DNA from: a candidate division TM6 bacterium UASB340
Lineage (GTDB): Bacteria; Babelota; Babeliae; Babelales; UASB340
DNA: 61,710 bases
Direction of reading: 5' to 3'
Assembly (NCBI GenBank): GCA_001468925.1
Contig: LDIX01000006.1
Span: 1-61,710 of the forward strand
Below the pieces are notes generated by a model. That model was not told the DNA's origin, ran no database searches, and saw only the letters and a program-made list of their open reading frames with translations. Shown one piece after another: positions 27,439 to 35,735 of this stretch. Position numbers and translations under genes: made by a program. Every line of letters starts with the position of its first letter. Positions within the stretch are counted from its first letter, which is position 1.

Positions 27439-28460
27439 TGCAAATTAATTTAAGTTTAGAACAAGTAAGAAATATCATCGGAGCTGAATCAGGCTCCGAT
27501 GATTCTTTTTTAGTCGAAAATATTACATCTTTGGAAAATGCTACAGAAAGAGATATTGCAGTAATTTTAGATCTTGGGTCAGAGTCTGTATTTTCAGGTG
27601 TTGACGTTGATAAAATAAAAAACAGCAAAGCCGGCATTATATTGGCATCTAAAGAAATTGTTCCTGGGAAAAAATATTTATTAACTAAAGATAGTTTGGA
27701 TTCTTTTACTAAAATAATAAATTTTTCAAACAAAAATATAAAATCTGAAAAACCTGAAATAGCTGAAAATGTAATAATTGGCCAACATAGTACAGTTGGT
27801 GATAATTCAAAAATTGCGCAAGACTCAATAATTGATTCAAATGTTTTTATTGGTAAAAATGTTTTTATTGGTAAAAATGTAAAAATATATTCCGGTGCAA
27901 GAATTTTAGATAATTGTATTATTGGTGATAATTGTATTATTCACGCCAATGCGGTTATAGGATCCGATGGATTTGGTTACAGTATTACAAAAACCGGTCT
28001 TTCAAAAATACCGCAAATCGGAATAGTTAAAATTGGAAATAACGTAGAAATTGGTGCTTGTACCACAATAGATAGAGCGTCTTTTGAATCCACAATTATT
28101 TCTGATGGTTGCAAAATTGATAATCAGGTACATATTGCCCATAATGTAATTATTGGACCACATACTGTAATTTTGGCTCAAACCGGAATAGCCGGAAGTG
28201 TAAAAATTGGAGCCGGTTGTCAAATTGGCGGACAAGTTGCAATTCGAGATCATATAAAAATTGGTAATAGTGTAAAAATAGTTTCCAAATCGGGGGTAAT
28301 GAATGATATTTTGGATGGACAAACTGTTGCGGGAATTCCTGCTATAAAATTTTCTGAATGGAAACGTTTGATTGTCATTTCTTCAAAATTACCGGAATAT
28401 TTAAAATTATTTAAAGGAAGAGAGAAAAAAAATAGTTTTTGGTCAAAAATTTTTAAATAA
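27438..28460 (+). CDS. lpxD: UDP-3-O-acylglucosamine N-acyltransferase
   Basis: 340 aa with a long left-handed beta-helix made of hexapeptide repeats. The N-terminal uridine-binding domain fits by size. TAATG overlap with skp. Confidence 0.88.
   Translation: MQINLSLEQVRNIIGAESGSDDSFLVENITSLENATERDIAVILDLGSESVFSGVDVDKIKNSKAGIILASKEIVPGKKYLLTKDSLDSFTKIINFSNKNIKSEKPEIAENVIIGQHSTVGDNSKIAQDSIIDSNVFIGKNVFIGKNVKIYSGARILDNCIIGDNCIIHANAVIGSDGFGYSITKTGLSKIPQIGIVKIGNNVEIGACTTIDRASFESTIISDGCKIDNQVHIAHNVIIGPHTVILAQTGIAGSVKIGAGCQIGGQVAIRDHIKIGNSVKIVSKSGVMNDILDGQTVAGIPAIKFSEWKRLIVISSKLPEYLKLFKGREKKNSFWSKIFK
27840..27875 (+). repeat. perfect 18-bp in-frame tandem duplication inside lpxD
   Basis: AATGTTTTTATTGGTAAA occurs twice (27840-27857 and 27858-27875), encoding [13 protein letters not shown] third partial copy (AATGT) follows. 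Confidence 0.95.
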
Positions 28461-28466
28461 TATTAA

Positions 28467-29429
28467 TTGATAAAAATGGGAGTTGTTATTTTGAATTTTG
28501 AAATTATAACGTTAAATAATTCTAATTTTGTCATAAATTTAGAAAAGATTATAAATAAAAAAGTTATAAAATTTGATTCAGATATTTTTGCAGATTCTGA
28601 AATTTGCATAAAATGGCAAAATTTATCATTTATTAAAAAACAAATTTTTATTATTCATCAATTTTCTTTTGAAACAAAATCAATAAACGATCAGATTATA
28701 GAACTTTTATTATTGTCCGATCTGGCAAAAAAAATGGGTGCAGAAAAGGTTTTTGTCATATTGCCTTACTACCCATATTCCAGGCATGATAAATCATTTG
28801 ATAAAAAATTAAATGGGCCGGTGTTTTTATTTGATAAATTATTTAAAGCTTGCGGGATAGATGAAATAATAACTTTTGAATTGCATAATTCTTTGGTAAA
28901 AAATAATTTTTCAGTAAAAACACAAGAAGTAAATCTAATTAATTTTGGCGTTGATTTTTTTAATAAAAATAAAAATATAGTATTGGATGATTTTAAAACT
29001 TGTTTTTTATCTCCCGATCAAGGTCGAGCTGAATCAATAAAGCAAATAGCTCAATTTGCCGGTGTTGATTTTGCATATGTAAAAAAAGAGAGAATAAGAA
29101 AAGATTTTGCTGTATCGCGTGAGTTAATTGGAGATGTTAAAAATAAAAATGTGATAATTATTGATGATATTATTGATACAGGAAATACAGCTATTGGGGC
29201 TTGTGAAATTGCTATGAATAATGGAGCAAAGCAAGTTTTAGGTTTTTTTGCACATGCTGTACTTTCAAAAGATTGTATTAAAAAATTAAATGATTCAAAA
29301 TTTAAACATATTTTTATAACGGATACAGTTTTGACTAAAGATAAACTTAGTTTGACGGATAAAGTAACACAAACAACTTTAGCTAATGAGCTTGGTGATT
29401 TTTTTAAAAAAAATTATTTTAATTATTAG
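28467..29429 (+). CDS. prs: ribose-phosphate pyrophosphokinase (divergent)
   Basis: ILPYYPYSRHDK and the PRPP-binding loop VIIIDDIIDTGNTA. Start is uncertain (TTG at 28467 or ATG at 28476). Confidence 0.8.
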   Translation: MIKMGVVILNFEIITLNNSNFVINLEKIINKKVIKFDSDIFADSEICIKWQNLSFIKKQIFIIHQFSFETKSINDQIIELLLLSDLAKKMGAEKVFVILPYYPYSRHDKSFDKKLNGPVFLFDKLFKACGIDEIITFELHNSLVKNNFSVKTQEVNLINFGVDFFNKNKNIVLDDFKTCFLSPDQGRAESIKQIAQFAGVDFAYVKKERIRKDFAVSRELIGDVKNKNVIIIDDIIDTGNTAIGACEIAMNNGAKQVLGFFAHAVLSKDCIKKLNDSKFKHIFITDTVLTKDKLSLTDKVTQTTLANELGDFFKKNYFNY

Positions 29430-29436
29430 GTTTTTC

Positions 29437-29976
29437 ATGGATTTTAATATTAAAAATATAAAAGTAATTATAGGTCTTGGTAATCCGGGCATAAAATATT
29501 ACAGAAATAGGCATAGCATAGGATTTAGGGTACTTGATAAAATTGCTCAAAATTATTCTGTAAATTGGCATATTTTAGATATTACAGAAGAAACAAAAAT
29601 TTCAATTACAGTTGATGAAAATATTTATTCTATAATTTTAATCAAACCTCAAACTTTTATGAATGCTTCCGGTAATGTTATTCCAAATTTACAAAAAAAA
29701 GGTATTAAGCCTGAAAATATTTTAGTGGTTCATGATGAACTTGAAAAAAGTTTTGGTAATATCAGTTTAAAATTTGATGGAAGTGCTCGCGGTCACAATG
29801 GACTTAAATCTATAATAAATGTTATAGGAACGGCATTTTGGCGTTTGCGCTTTGGGGTCGGTAGGCCGGAAAATGACGATGTATCGACTTATGTACTTTC
29901 TAACTTTTCTAATGATGAAGAAATTAAAATTCAGACTTTAATTGATGAAGCTATAATTAAAATTTTTGGGGTTTAA
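29437..29976 (+). CDS. pth: peptidyl-tRNA hydrolase
   Basis: Start reassigned to the ATG at 29437 (MDFNIKNIKVIIGLGNPG..YRNRHSIGF). Also HDELE and GHNGLKS motifs. Confidence 0.88.
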   Translation: MDFNIKNIKVIIGLGNPGIKYYRNRHSIGFRVLDKIAQNYSVNWHILDITEETKISITVDENIYSIILIKPQTFMNASGNVIPNLQKKGIKPENILVVHDELEKSFGNISLKFDGSARGHNGLKSIINVIGTAFWRLRFGVGRPENDDVSTYVLSNFSNDEEIKIQTLIDEAIIKIFGV

Positions 29977-30120
29977 GATAATCTGATTTTTATTTCTAGA
30001 AGAATATTTTTTTTTTAGTTTTCTTATTTTATTTTTTTTATTTAAAATAACACTCCATAAGTTGTGAATTTAAACTTCTTTCAATTTTTTGCTTTTAATT
30101 TTTTTTATTAAGGGGGAAAT

Positions 30121-30573
30121 ATGCATGGGTATGTCGTATCTACAGTCACATCTTTTATAGATGTACCCGGAAAAATATCTTTTTCGATATTTTTTTCCGG
30201 ATGCAGTATTAGATGTCGTGATTGCCATAATAAAAAATTATGGAATTTGGATAGTGGAAAACTTACAAGTGCTGATAGTTTAATTGAAAAAATTAAACTA
30301 AATACGTTGATTGATTATGTAGCTTTTATGGGTGGTGAACCTACAGATCAAATGGAATTTTTAATACATATATGTAAACGAATTAAAGATGAAATAAAAT
30401 TACCAATAGCTCTTTATACCGGTAGAGAATTTGAAGTTTTACCTAAACAATTAACGGATTTAATTGATTTAATAATTTGTGGGCCATATAAAAAAGAAAT
30501 GCATGTTGGCGGTTGGCCGGCATCATCTAATCAACGAATATTTACAAAAAGGGGTGAACAATGGAATTGTTAA
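30121..30573 (+). CDS. nrdG: anaerobic ribonucleoside-triphosphate reductase activating protein (radical SAM)
   Basis: CSIRCRDC (C-x3-C-x2-C) cluster motif. 150 aa. Overlaps nrdD by 13 nt. AAGGGGGA RBS. Confidence 0.85.
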   Translation: MHGYVVSTVTSFIDVPGKISFSIFFSGCSIRCRDCHNKKLWNLDSGKLTSADSLIEKIKLNTLIDYVAFMGGEPTDQMEFLIHICKRIKDEIKLPIALYTGREFEVLPKQLTDLIDLIICGPYKKEMHVGGWPASSNQRIFTKRGEQWNC

Positions 30574-32492
30574 ATAATTTTTCTAAGTTTTGTTCTGAAT
30601 TTAAAGAACTTTATTCAAAAATAGATCCAAATATTTTGGATTTTGAGGGAATATCTCAGGAAAAATTGGATGTTTCCGTAATGGCCGATAAATATTTTAA
30701 AGAAAGAGTTTCTGATTTTTCTGTTGATGATAATGCAAATCATTTGCAAGATGGAAGATCCAGAGGTAATTATATTTCCGAAGTTGCAAAAAGTAGTCTT
30801 AAAATCATAGGATATCATGATCTTTATGTATTGCTTTTAGATGAATATGGAAAAGATAGGGCTGATAAAATAATGAAAGCTGTATGGGATGGTGATCTGT
30901 ATTTTCATGACAGTACAGCCATTCAAGTTCCATACTGTTGGGCTTATTCAACAGAATTTTTATTACACAAAGGTAATTTTTGGGGACAACTAAAATCATT
31001 TGTTCCTAAAAGAGCTCGTTCTTTTATTGATCAAGTTAAAGAAGTAACAATTGAGCTTGCACAAGAGGTAGCCGGTGCTGTAGCTATTGGTGATTTATTT
31101 ATTAATTATTCTTATTTTATTAAAAAAGAAAATTTAGATATCAATAATATTGATGTTAGAAAAGAGATAGAAAACGATTTTCAATCACTTGTTCATACAT
31201 TAAATAAAAAATTAAGGCCATCACATCAATCTCCATTTTCTAATATTTCCATATTTGATAAACCAAATTTAAAAATATTATTTGGTTCTATTATATTTCC
31301 GGATGGAAGTAAACCTGATTTTGATTTAATTTGGGAAATACAAAAAATATTTGTTGATTGGTTTTACAAAGGCGATCCTTTTACCGGATTACCATACAGA
31401 TTTCCAGTAGTTACCTTAAATTTACGCACGGATGATAATGGTGAAGTTTTAGATAAAGTAGCTCTTGAATATTTTTCAAAAGTAAATTTGGAAAAAGCAG
31501 CTTTTAATATTTATATTTCATCAGGAAATAAAATTGCAAGTTGCTGTAGGCTGACAAACGATCTTGATCTTGCAGGAATTGATAGTTTTGGTAATGGTGG
31601 AATATCTCTTGGTTCTCATAGAGTTGTTACAATTAATTTAGCGCGTTTAGGATTTAGGGCAAATTCTTATGAAGAATTAATTGAACTTCTAAAAGAGCAA
31701 TTGGATATGGCTAAAGATTCATTAAATGTTCATAGGGAGTTACTAAAAAAACGTTATGAACAAGGATTTTTACCGTTTGTTAAATTTGGAATTATACATC
31801 TTGAAAGATTGTTTAGTACTTTTGGTATAAGTGGCGTTTATGAATGTGTTGAACAACTAGGTTATTCAATTTCTACTCAAGATGGTAAAAATATAGCATT
31901 TGATTTACTTTCTTACATTAAAAATTATGCTACTGAATGTTCTAAATCTACCGGTAATTCTTTTAATATAGAACAAGTTCCGGCAGAAAGTTTGGCTGTA
32001 AAATTTGCACAAAAAGATCAATATTTATACAACATGGATTACGAAATTTATTCAAATCAATTTATACCGTTGTGGGTTGATTATGATATTGTAGATAGAA
32101 TTAAGCTTGACGGTGCCTTTTCAAAAGTTTTGACAGGTGGTGGAATTTCGCATCTTAATGTTGGTGAAAAATTAACTTCTCCTGAACAAATGACCAGACT
32201 TATAACTTATGCAATAAAATCCGGATGCGAACATTTTGCAGTAAATTATAACTATTGTCAGTGTATAAATGATCATATTACCATTTCAGGCCCGGTACAA
32301 AAATGTCCTATTTGTTCTGCAGATATTAAGGAACAGTATACAAGAATTATTGGTTATTTTACGCCTGTTTCGGCCTGGAATAAGGGACGTAGAAATGAGC
32401 ACGGTAAACGTGTGTTTAAGAGTAATCATGTAAAAGTTGAAGCTGAAATGTTAAATAAATCGATTACGGATTCTGATTCCATTCAAGTTTAG
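30561..32492 (+). CDS. nrdD: anaerobic (class III) ribonucleoside-triphosphate reductase
   Basis: 643 aa. Active-site SCCRL. C-terminal Zn ribbon (CQC...CPIC). Glycyl-radical motif TRIIGYFTP. Confidence 0.9.
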   Translation: MELLNNFSKFCSEFKELYSKIDPNILDFEGISQEKLDVSVMADKYFKERVSDFSVDDNANHLQDGRSRGNYISEVAKSSLKIIGYHDLYVLLLDEYGKDRADKIMKAVWDGDLYFHDSTAIQVPYCWAYSTEFLLHKGNFWGQLKSFVPKRARSFIDQVKEVTIELAQEVAGAVAIGDLFINYSYFIKKENLDINNIDVRKEIENDFQSLVHTLNKKLRPSHQSPFSNISIFDKPNLKILFGSIIFPDGSKPDFDLIWEIQKIFVDWFYKGDPFTGLPYRFPVVTLNLRTDDNGEVLDKVALEYFSKVNLEKAAFNIYISSGNKIASCCRLTNDLDLAGIDSFGNGGISLGSHRVVTINLARLGFRANSYEELIELLKEQLDMAKDSLNVHRELLKKRYEQGFLPFVKFGIIHLERLFSTFGISGVYECVEQLGYSISTQDGKNIAFDLLSYIKNYATECSKSTGNSFNIEQVPAESLAVKFAQKDQYLYNMDYEIYSNQFIPLWVDYDIVDRIKLDGAFSKVLTGGGISHLNVGEKLTSPEQMTRLITYAIKSGCEHFAVNYNYCQCINDHITISGPVQKCPICSADIKEQYTRIIGYFTPVSAWNKGRRNEHGKRVFKSNHVKVEAEMLNKSITDSDSIQV

Positions 32493-32518
32493 TTTTCTAA
32501 AAATATAACTTAATAAAT

Positions 32519-32550
32519 AAAAGAGGCTCCGTTTTATTGGAGCCTCTTTT
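32519..32550 (+). terminator. rho-independent terminator, copy 1 of a duplicated hairpin
   Basis: AAAAGAGGCTCC - GTTTTATT - GGAGCCTCTTTT, a 12-bp perfect stem followed by ATTT. Identical to 34507-34538. Confidence 0.85.
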
Positions 32551-32651
32551 ATTTAAAAAATATTGCAATAATATTTTTTTTATTTAGGATGATATTCTTA
32601 TTCGAATTTGGTCGTTTTTTGTGATCTTATATTATTAGGGGTAAAATTTTT

Positions 32652-33167
32652 ATGATTAAGAATAAAATTTTTGTGATATTTTTTGCAATATGTTTATTTA
32701 CCAAAACATCGTTTGGAATGGATGGAAAATTTGACTACATAATTTCAGTCGCCCTGAGTCGTGATTGTGAAGATGTAATTAAAGATATTTTAGAAACAAT
32801 AGATAAATTGAACGACCCAAAACAGAGGGAGTTGTTTACAAATCTTTATAATATCGTTTATCAACATATTGAAGAAAATAAGAAATATAAAAAGGATGTT
32901 TTGCAAATCCAAGAATTGTTACAGAATAAGCCTGAAAGATATAAATTTCCAAATTTTGATCTAAATTTTTCTCCTTATGATATTAAAGAGGAGAATCCTG
33001 AGAGTGCAATACGGTCCTGCGTTAGATATATCAAAGGAGAAAAATCGGTGAAAAATCCAGATGAAAATGTTTTGAAAAATATAGAAAGCGCATATGAACT
33101 TTTAAAAATTACATGCAATGATCTTGGGCGCGATTACTATGTGGTCTTACAAGAAAACGGTTTGTAA
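32652..33167 (+). CDS. secreted protein, unknown function
   Basis: 171 aa with MIKNKIFVIFFAICLFTKTSFG/M signal-like N-terminus. GGGG RBS. Confidence 0.65.
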   Translation: MIKNKIFVIFFAICLFTKTSFGMDGKFDYIISVALSRDCEDVIKDILETIDKLNDPKQRELFTNLYNIVYQHIEENKKYKKDVLQIQELLQNKPERYKFPNFDLNFSPYDIKEENPESAIRSCVRYIKGEKSVKNPDENVLKNIESAYELLKITCNDLGRDYYVVLQENGL

Positions 33168-33218
33168 ATTTTTTAATTTAATTTTTGGAAAAGCTTACTT
33201 TTATTAGGAGTTGTCTAT

Positions 33219-34466
33219 ATGAAAAAAATTTTACAGTTAGTTGTTATGTCATTGGTTGCTAATTCAGTTGTTTTTTCTATGCAAATAGAAAAGAGCAATC
33301 CTGTTTATAAAGAAGAACATTATAATTATTTAAGGTGGGCTGAAAATGATAAGGGTGAAATTGCTCCAAAAATAGATGCTAATGAATATCCGAATGCATG
33401 GACTTTTTGCAATTGGAATATTTATAAATCCAATTTAAATAAAACTAGACCACACGCTGAAAGTAAGAAATGGGAAAATAGAAAAGAAGCTGTTTTCGCA
33501 GCCATGGAAAGAATTATTTGTTCCGGTGCAAATGGTGAAGCTATTCCTACAATATTCAATTTACAAGAAACAAAAGTTGATCAGTATTTGGATTTAGTGA
33601 AATTTTTCGCTGAAAAAGAAAAATTAAAGAACTATAAAATTATTTCATTAAATAATAAATATTTTAAATATCTAAATGAACTGGATAATAATGAACTGGT
33701 TGAGTTAGCGAAAAAAACAGAAGATGCTAATATTTTTAATAATACTATTATTTACGATGGAGATCGTTGGGAATTAGATGAAAATTATGAATTTATTGCA
33801 CTTCCAAAAGAAAAACCTGAAAAAGGGGAAGATTTAACTCTTTTAGCTGTTCCTTTGATTGATAAGGTTACAAATAAAAAAATAGTAATTTTCTGTACAC
33901 ATTTTGATATTTTAGAATCCATACAAATGAAAAGCTGTGAGGTTGCCGCAGAATTTATAAATAAACAAACCGAAAAGGGCAAAATAGATTATATTTTTTC
34001 TGGAGATTTGAATACATTTAAAATATCTTGGGGTAAAATGGTGGAAGAACGTAAATCAGGTTTTCCAATAAAAGAAATAGATAACGATGCTACCGGTCCT
34101 AAGATGTATGAATACCTAATTAATAATCTTCCAAATGCATTTGATTGGAGATGGAAGCAGATAATTGGGGCTTACGCTCCAAAAGAGCTAAAAGAAACCA
34201 CATTTATGGGATTTGCGGATGATTCAGGTGTAAATCCTTGGGTAAATCAAGAAAAGAGATTTGATAGTAATATTCTAGATCAAATTTTTTACAATGGAAC
34301 AAAGTATAGTGATGTTTTAATGATTTGGAAAGATCCAAATATTATTAATACAGATTTTAGTTTAATTGATAGAGCTAATGAAAATCCAGATATAATACGG
34401 GAAGCTTTACAAAAAAGACAAATCGCTTCAGATCACGTGGCTTGTGTAATGGTGATGGCAAATTGA
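33219..34466 (+). CDS. secreted endonuclease/exonuclease/phosphatase (EEP) family enzyme
   Basis: Signal-like MKKILQLVVMSLVANSVVFS/M. EEP catalytic landmarks appear in order: FNLQET, IFCTHFD, FSGDLNT, LDQIFY and ASDHVA. Confidence 0.75.
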   Translation: MKKILQLVVMSLVANSVVFSMQIEKSNPVYKEEHYNYLRWAENDKGEIAPKIDANEYPNAWTFCNWNIYKSNLNKTRPHAESKKWENRKEAVFAAMERIICSGANGEAIPTIFNLQETKVDQYLDLVKFFAEKEKLKNYKIISLNNKYFKYLNELDNNELVELAKKTEDANIFNNTIIYDGDRWELDENYEFIALPKEKPEKGEDLTLLAVPLIDKVTNKKIVIFCTHFDILESIQMKSCEVAAEFINKQTEKGKIDYIFSGDLNTFKISWGKMVEERKSGFPIKEIDNDATGPKMYEYLINNLPNAFDWRWKQIIGAYAPKELKETTFMGFADDSGVNPWVNQEKRFDSNILDQIFYNGTKYSDVLMIWKDPNIINTDFSLIDRANENPDIIREALQKRQIASDHVACVMVMAN

Positions 34467-34506
34467 TAGAAATATATTTTTTGAAATTATATTAACTTAA
34501 TAATTA

Positions 34507-34538
34507 AAAAGAGGCTCCGTTTTATTGGAGCCTCTTTT
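34507..34538. terminator. bidirectional rho-independent terminator, copy 2 of the duplicated hairpin
   Basis: Same 12-bp stem and 8-nt loop as 32519-32550, flanked by A-runs and T-runs on both sides. Lies between the convergent genes at 33219-34466 (+) and 34546-35604 (-). Confidence 0.85.
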
Positions 34539-34545
34539 AATTATT

Positions 34546-35604
34546 TTAATTTTCTAATTCTTTAAAAACTTCATCCAAATAATCGCAAACCCATTCAATA
34601 TCAGGTCTATCATCGGGATTAGTTTGCCAGCAGAGATTTATTAAGTCGTTTAATAAATCATTTTTATCTTCATATAGAGTTGGTCGCCATTCATAATTTA
34701 TTAAATACGAAACAAATTGTTTTAGCTGAGTTTTTTCATTTAAGCAGTCACCATTTTTCTTTAGATAATCACTAAATTCATCATCTAAGATATTTCTTTT
34801 ATGCATTACTAAATAGATTAAATAAGCGAATGCATAAATATCATCTTTTAAAGTTGTTATAGGTTCTTGAATTTTTTTTATGACTTGTACGTATATATTT
34901 GGAGCGATATATAAAAAAGTACCCGGTATTTTATTTAAATTTAAAGTATAAGATTTTGTTTCTGGGTCAACATATTTTGAAAGTGAAAAATCGCACACTT
35001 TTGCAGTAATATTTTTATTTTCATCTTCAAATATTAAAATATTTTCAATTTTTAAATCTCTGTGTAAAATATTATTTTCATGTAAATCTTTTATTCCATA
35101 TGCAATATCTTTAATAATTTTTATTTTATTTATTAGATTTATATCATTTGATCTTATATATTCATATAAATCTTCTTTTGCTTTTTCTAAAACCAAAATA
35201 TGGGATTTCTTTTTATGTCCCAATAATTGAACTATATTATTTTTGCCTTTTAAACGCTCGAGAACACTTAATTCTTGAAGATATTTTTCTTCGATATTTT
35301 CATTATCATATTTATTGTTTTTAAATTTTAAAAGTACTTTTTGTTGTTCTATTAAAATTTCAAAATTTGCTTTATAACCGGATTTTTCGTTATCATCCGG
35401 AAAAAGTTTGATTATTGTTTTTGAAGTGGGTTCATAATTATTTTGTAAATATATATTCTTTTCAGAACCTTCTACAATTAGTTCATAAGGTTCATTTTTG
35501 TAAGATATTTTCTTAGGCGTAATATTTAGTGGATATAGATAATTTTGTGATGTATTTATTAAAAAAAATAGAGTCAAAAGCAGTCTTAGAAGAAGTTTAT
35601 TCAT
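34546..35604 (-). CDS. signal-peptide-bearing eukaryote-like Ser/Thr protein kinase (K3), paralog of K2
   Basis: MNKLLLRLLLTLFFLINTSQN... Motifs: ILHRDLKIENILIFEDENKNITAKVCDFSLSK, GTFLYIAPN, DDIYAFAYLIY, CWQTNPDDRPDIEWV. AAGGGGGA RBS. Confidence 0.82.
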   Translation of the reverse strand: MNKLLLRLLLTLFFLINTSQNYLYPLNITPKKISYKNEPYELIVEGSEKNIYLQNNYEPTSKTIIKLFPDDNEKSGYKANFEILIEQQKVLLKFKNNKYDNENIEEKYLQELSVLERLKGKNNIVQLLGHKKKSHILVLEKAKEDLYEYIRSNDINLINKIKIIKDIAYGIKDLHENNILHRDLKIENILIFEDENKNITAKVCDFSLSKYVDPETKSYTLNLNKIPGTFLYIAPNIYVQVIKKIQEPITTLKDDIYAFAYLIYLVMHKRNILDDEFSDYLKKNGDCLNEKTQLKQFVSYLINYEWRPTLYEDKNDLLNDLINLCWQTNPDDRPDIEWVCDYLDEVFKELEN

Positions 35605-35735
35605 ATTTCCCCCTTATTTTTAGCCTCAAGAACCATGGTATTTTATAAAATTGCGATTTCATAAGTAAAGATTTTTAAATATCTTTTAATTATATGGCTT
35701 TTTTCAAACCATTTTTTTTGGGTTAATATAAAGCC

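Noticed and set aside
30040-30080. A possible NrdR box upstream of nrdG (CACTCCATAAGTTGTG around 30053-30068).
   Set aside because: Only 5 of 8 palindromic pairs match. There is no second box at the usual spacing of about 31 nt. No nrdR gene is visible. The match is too weak in AT-rich DNA.
32555-32579. A second hairpin just after the nrdD terminator (AAAAAATATT-GCAAT-AATATTTTTT).
   Set aside because: The stem is entirely A/T, so it is thermodynamically weak and expected by chance in this composition. It adds nothing beyond the adjacent GC-containing terminator.
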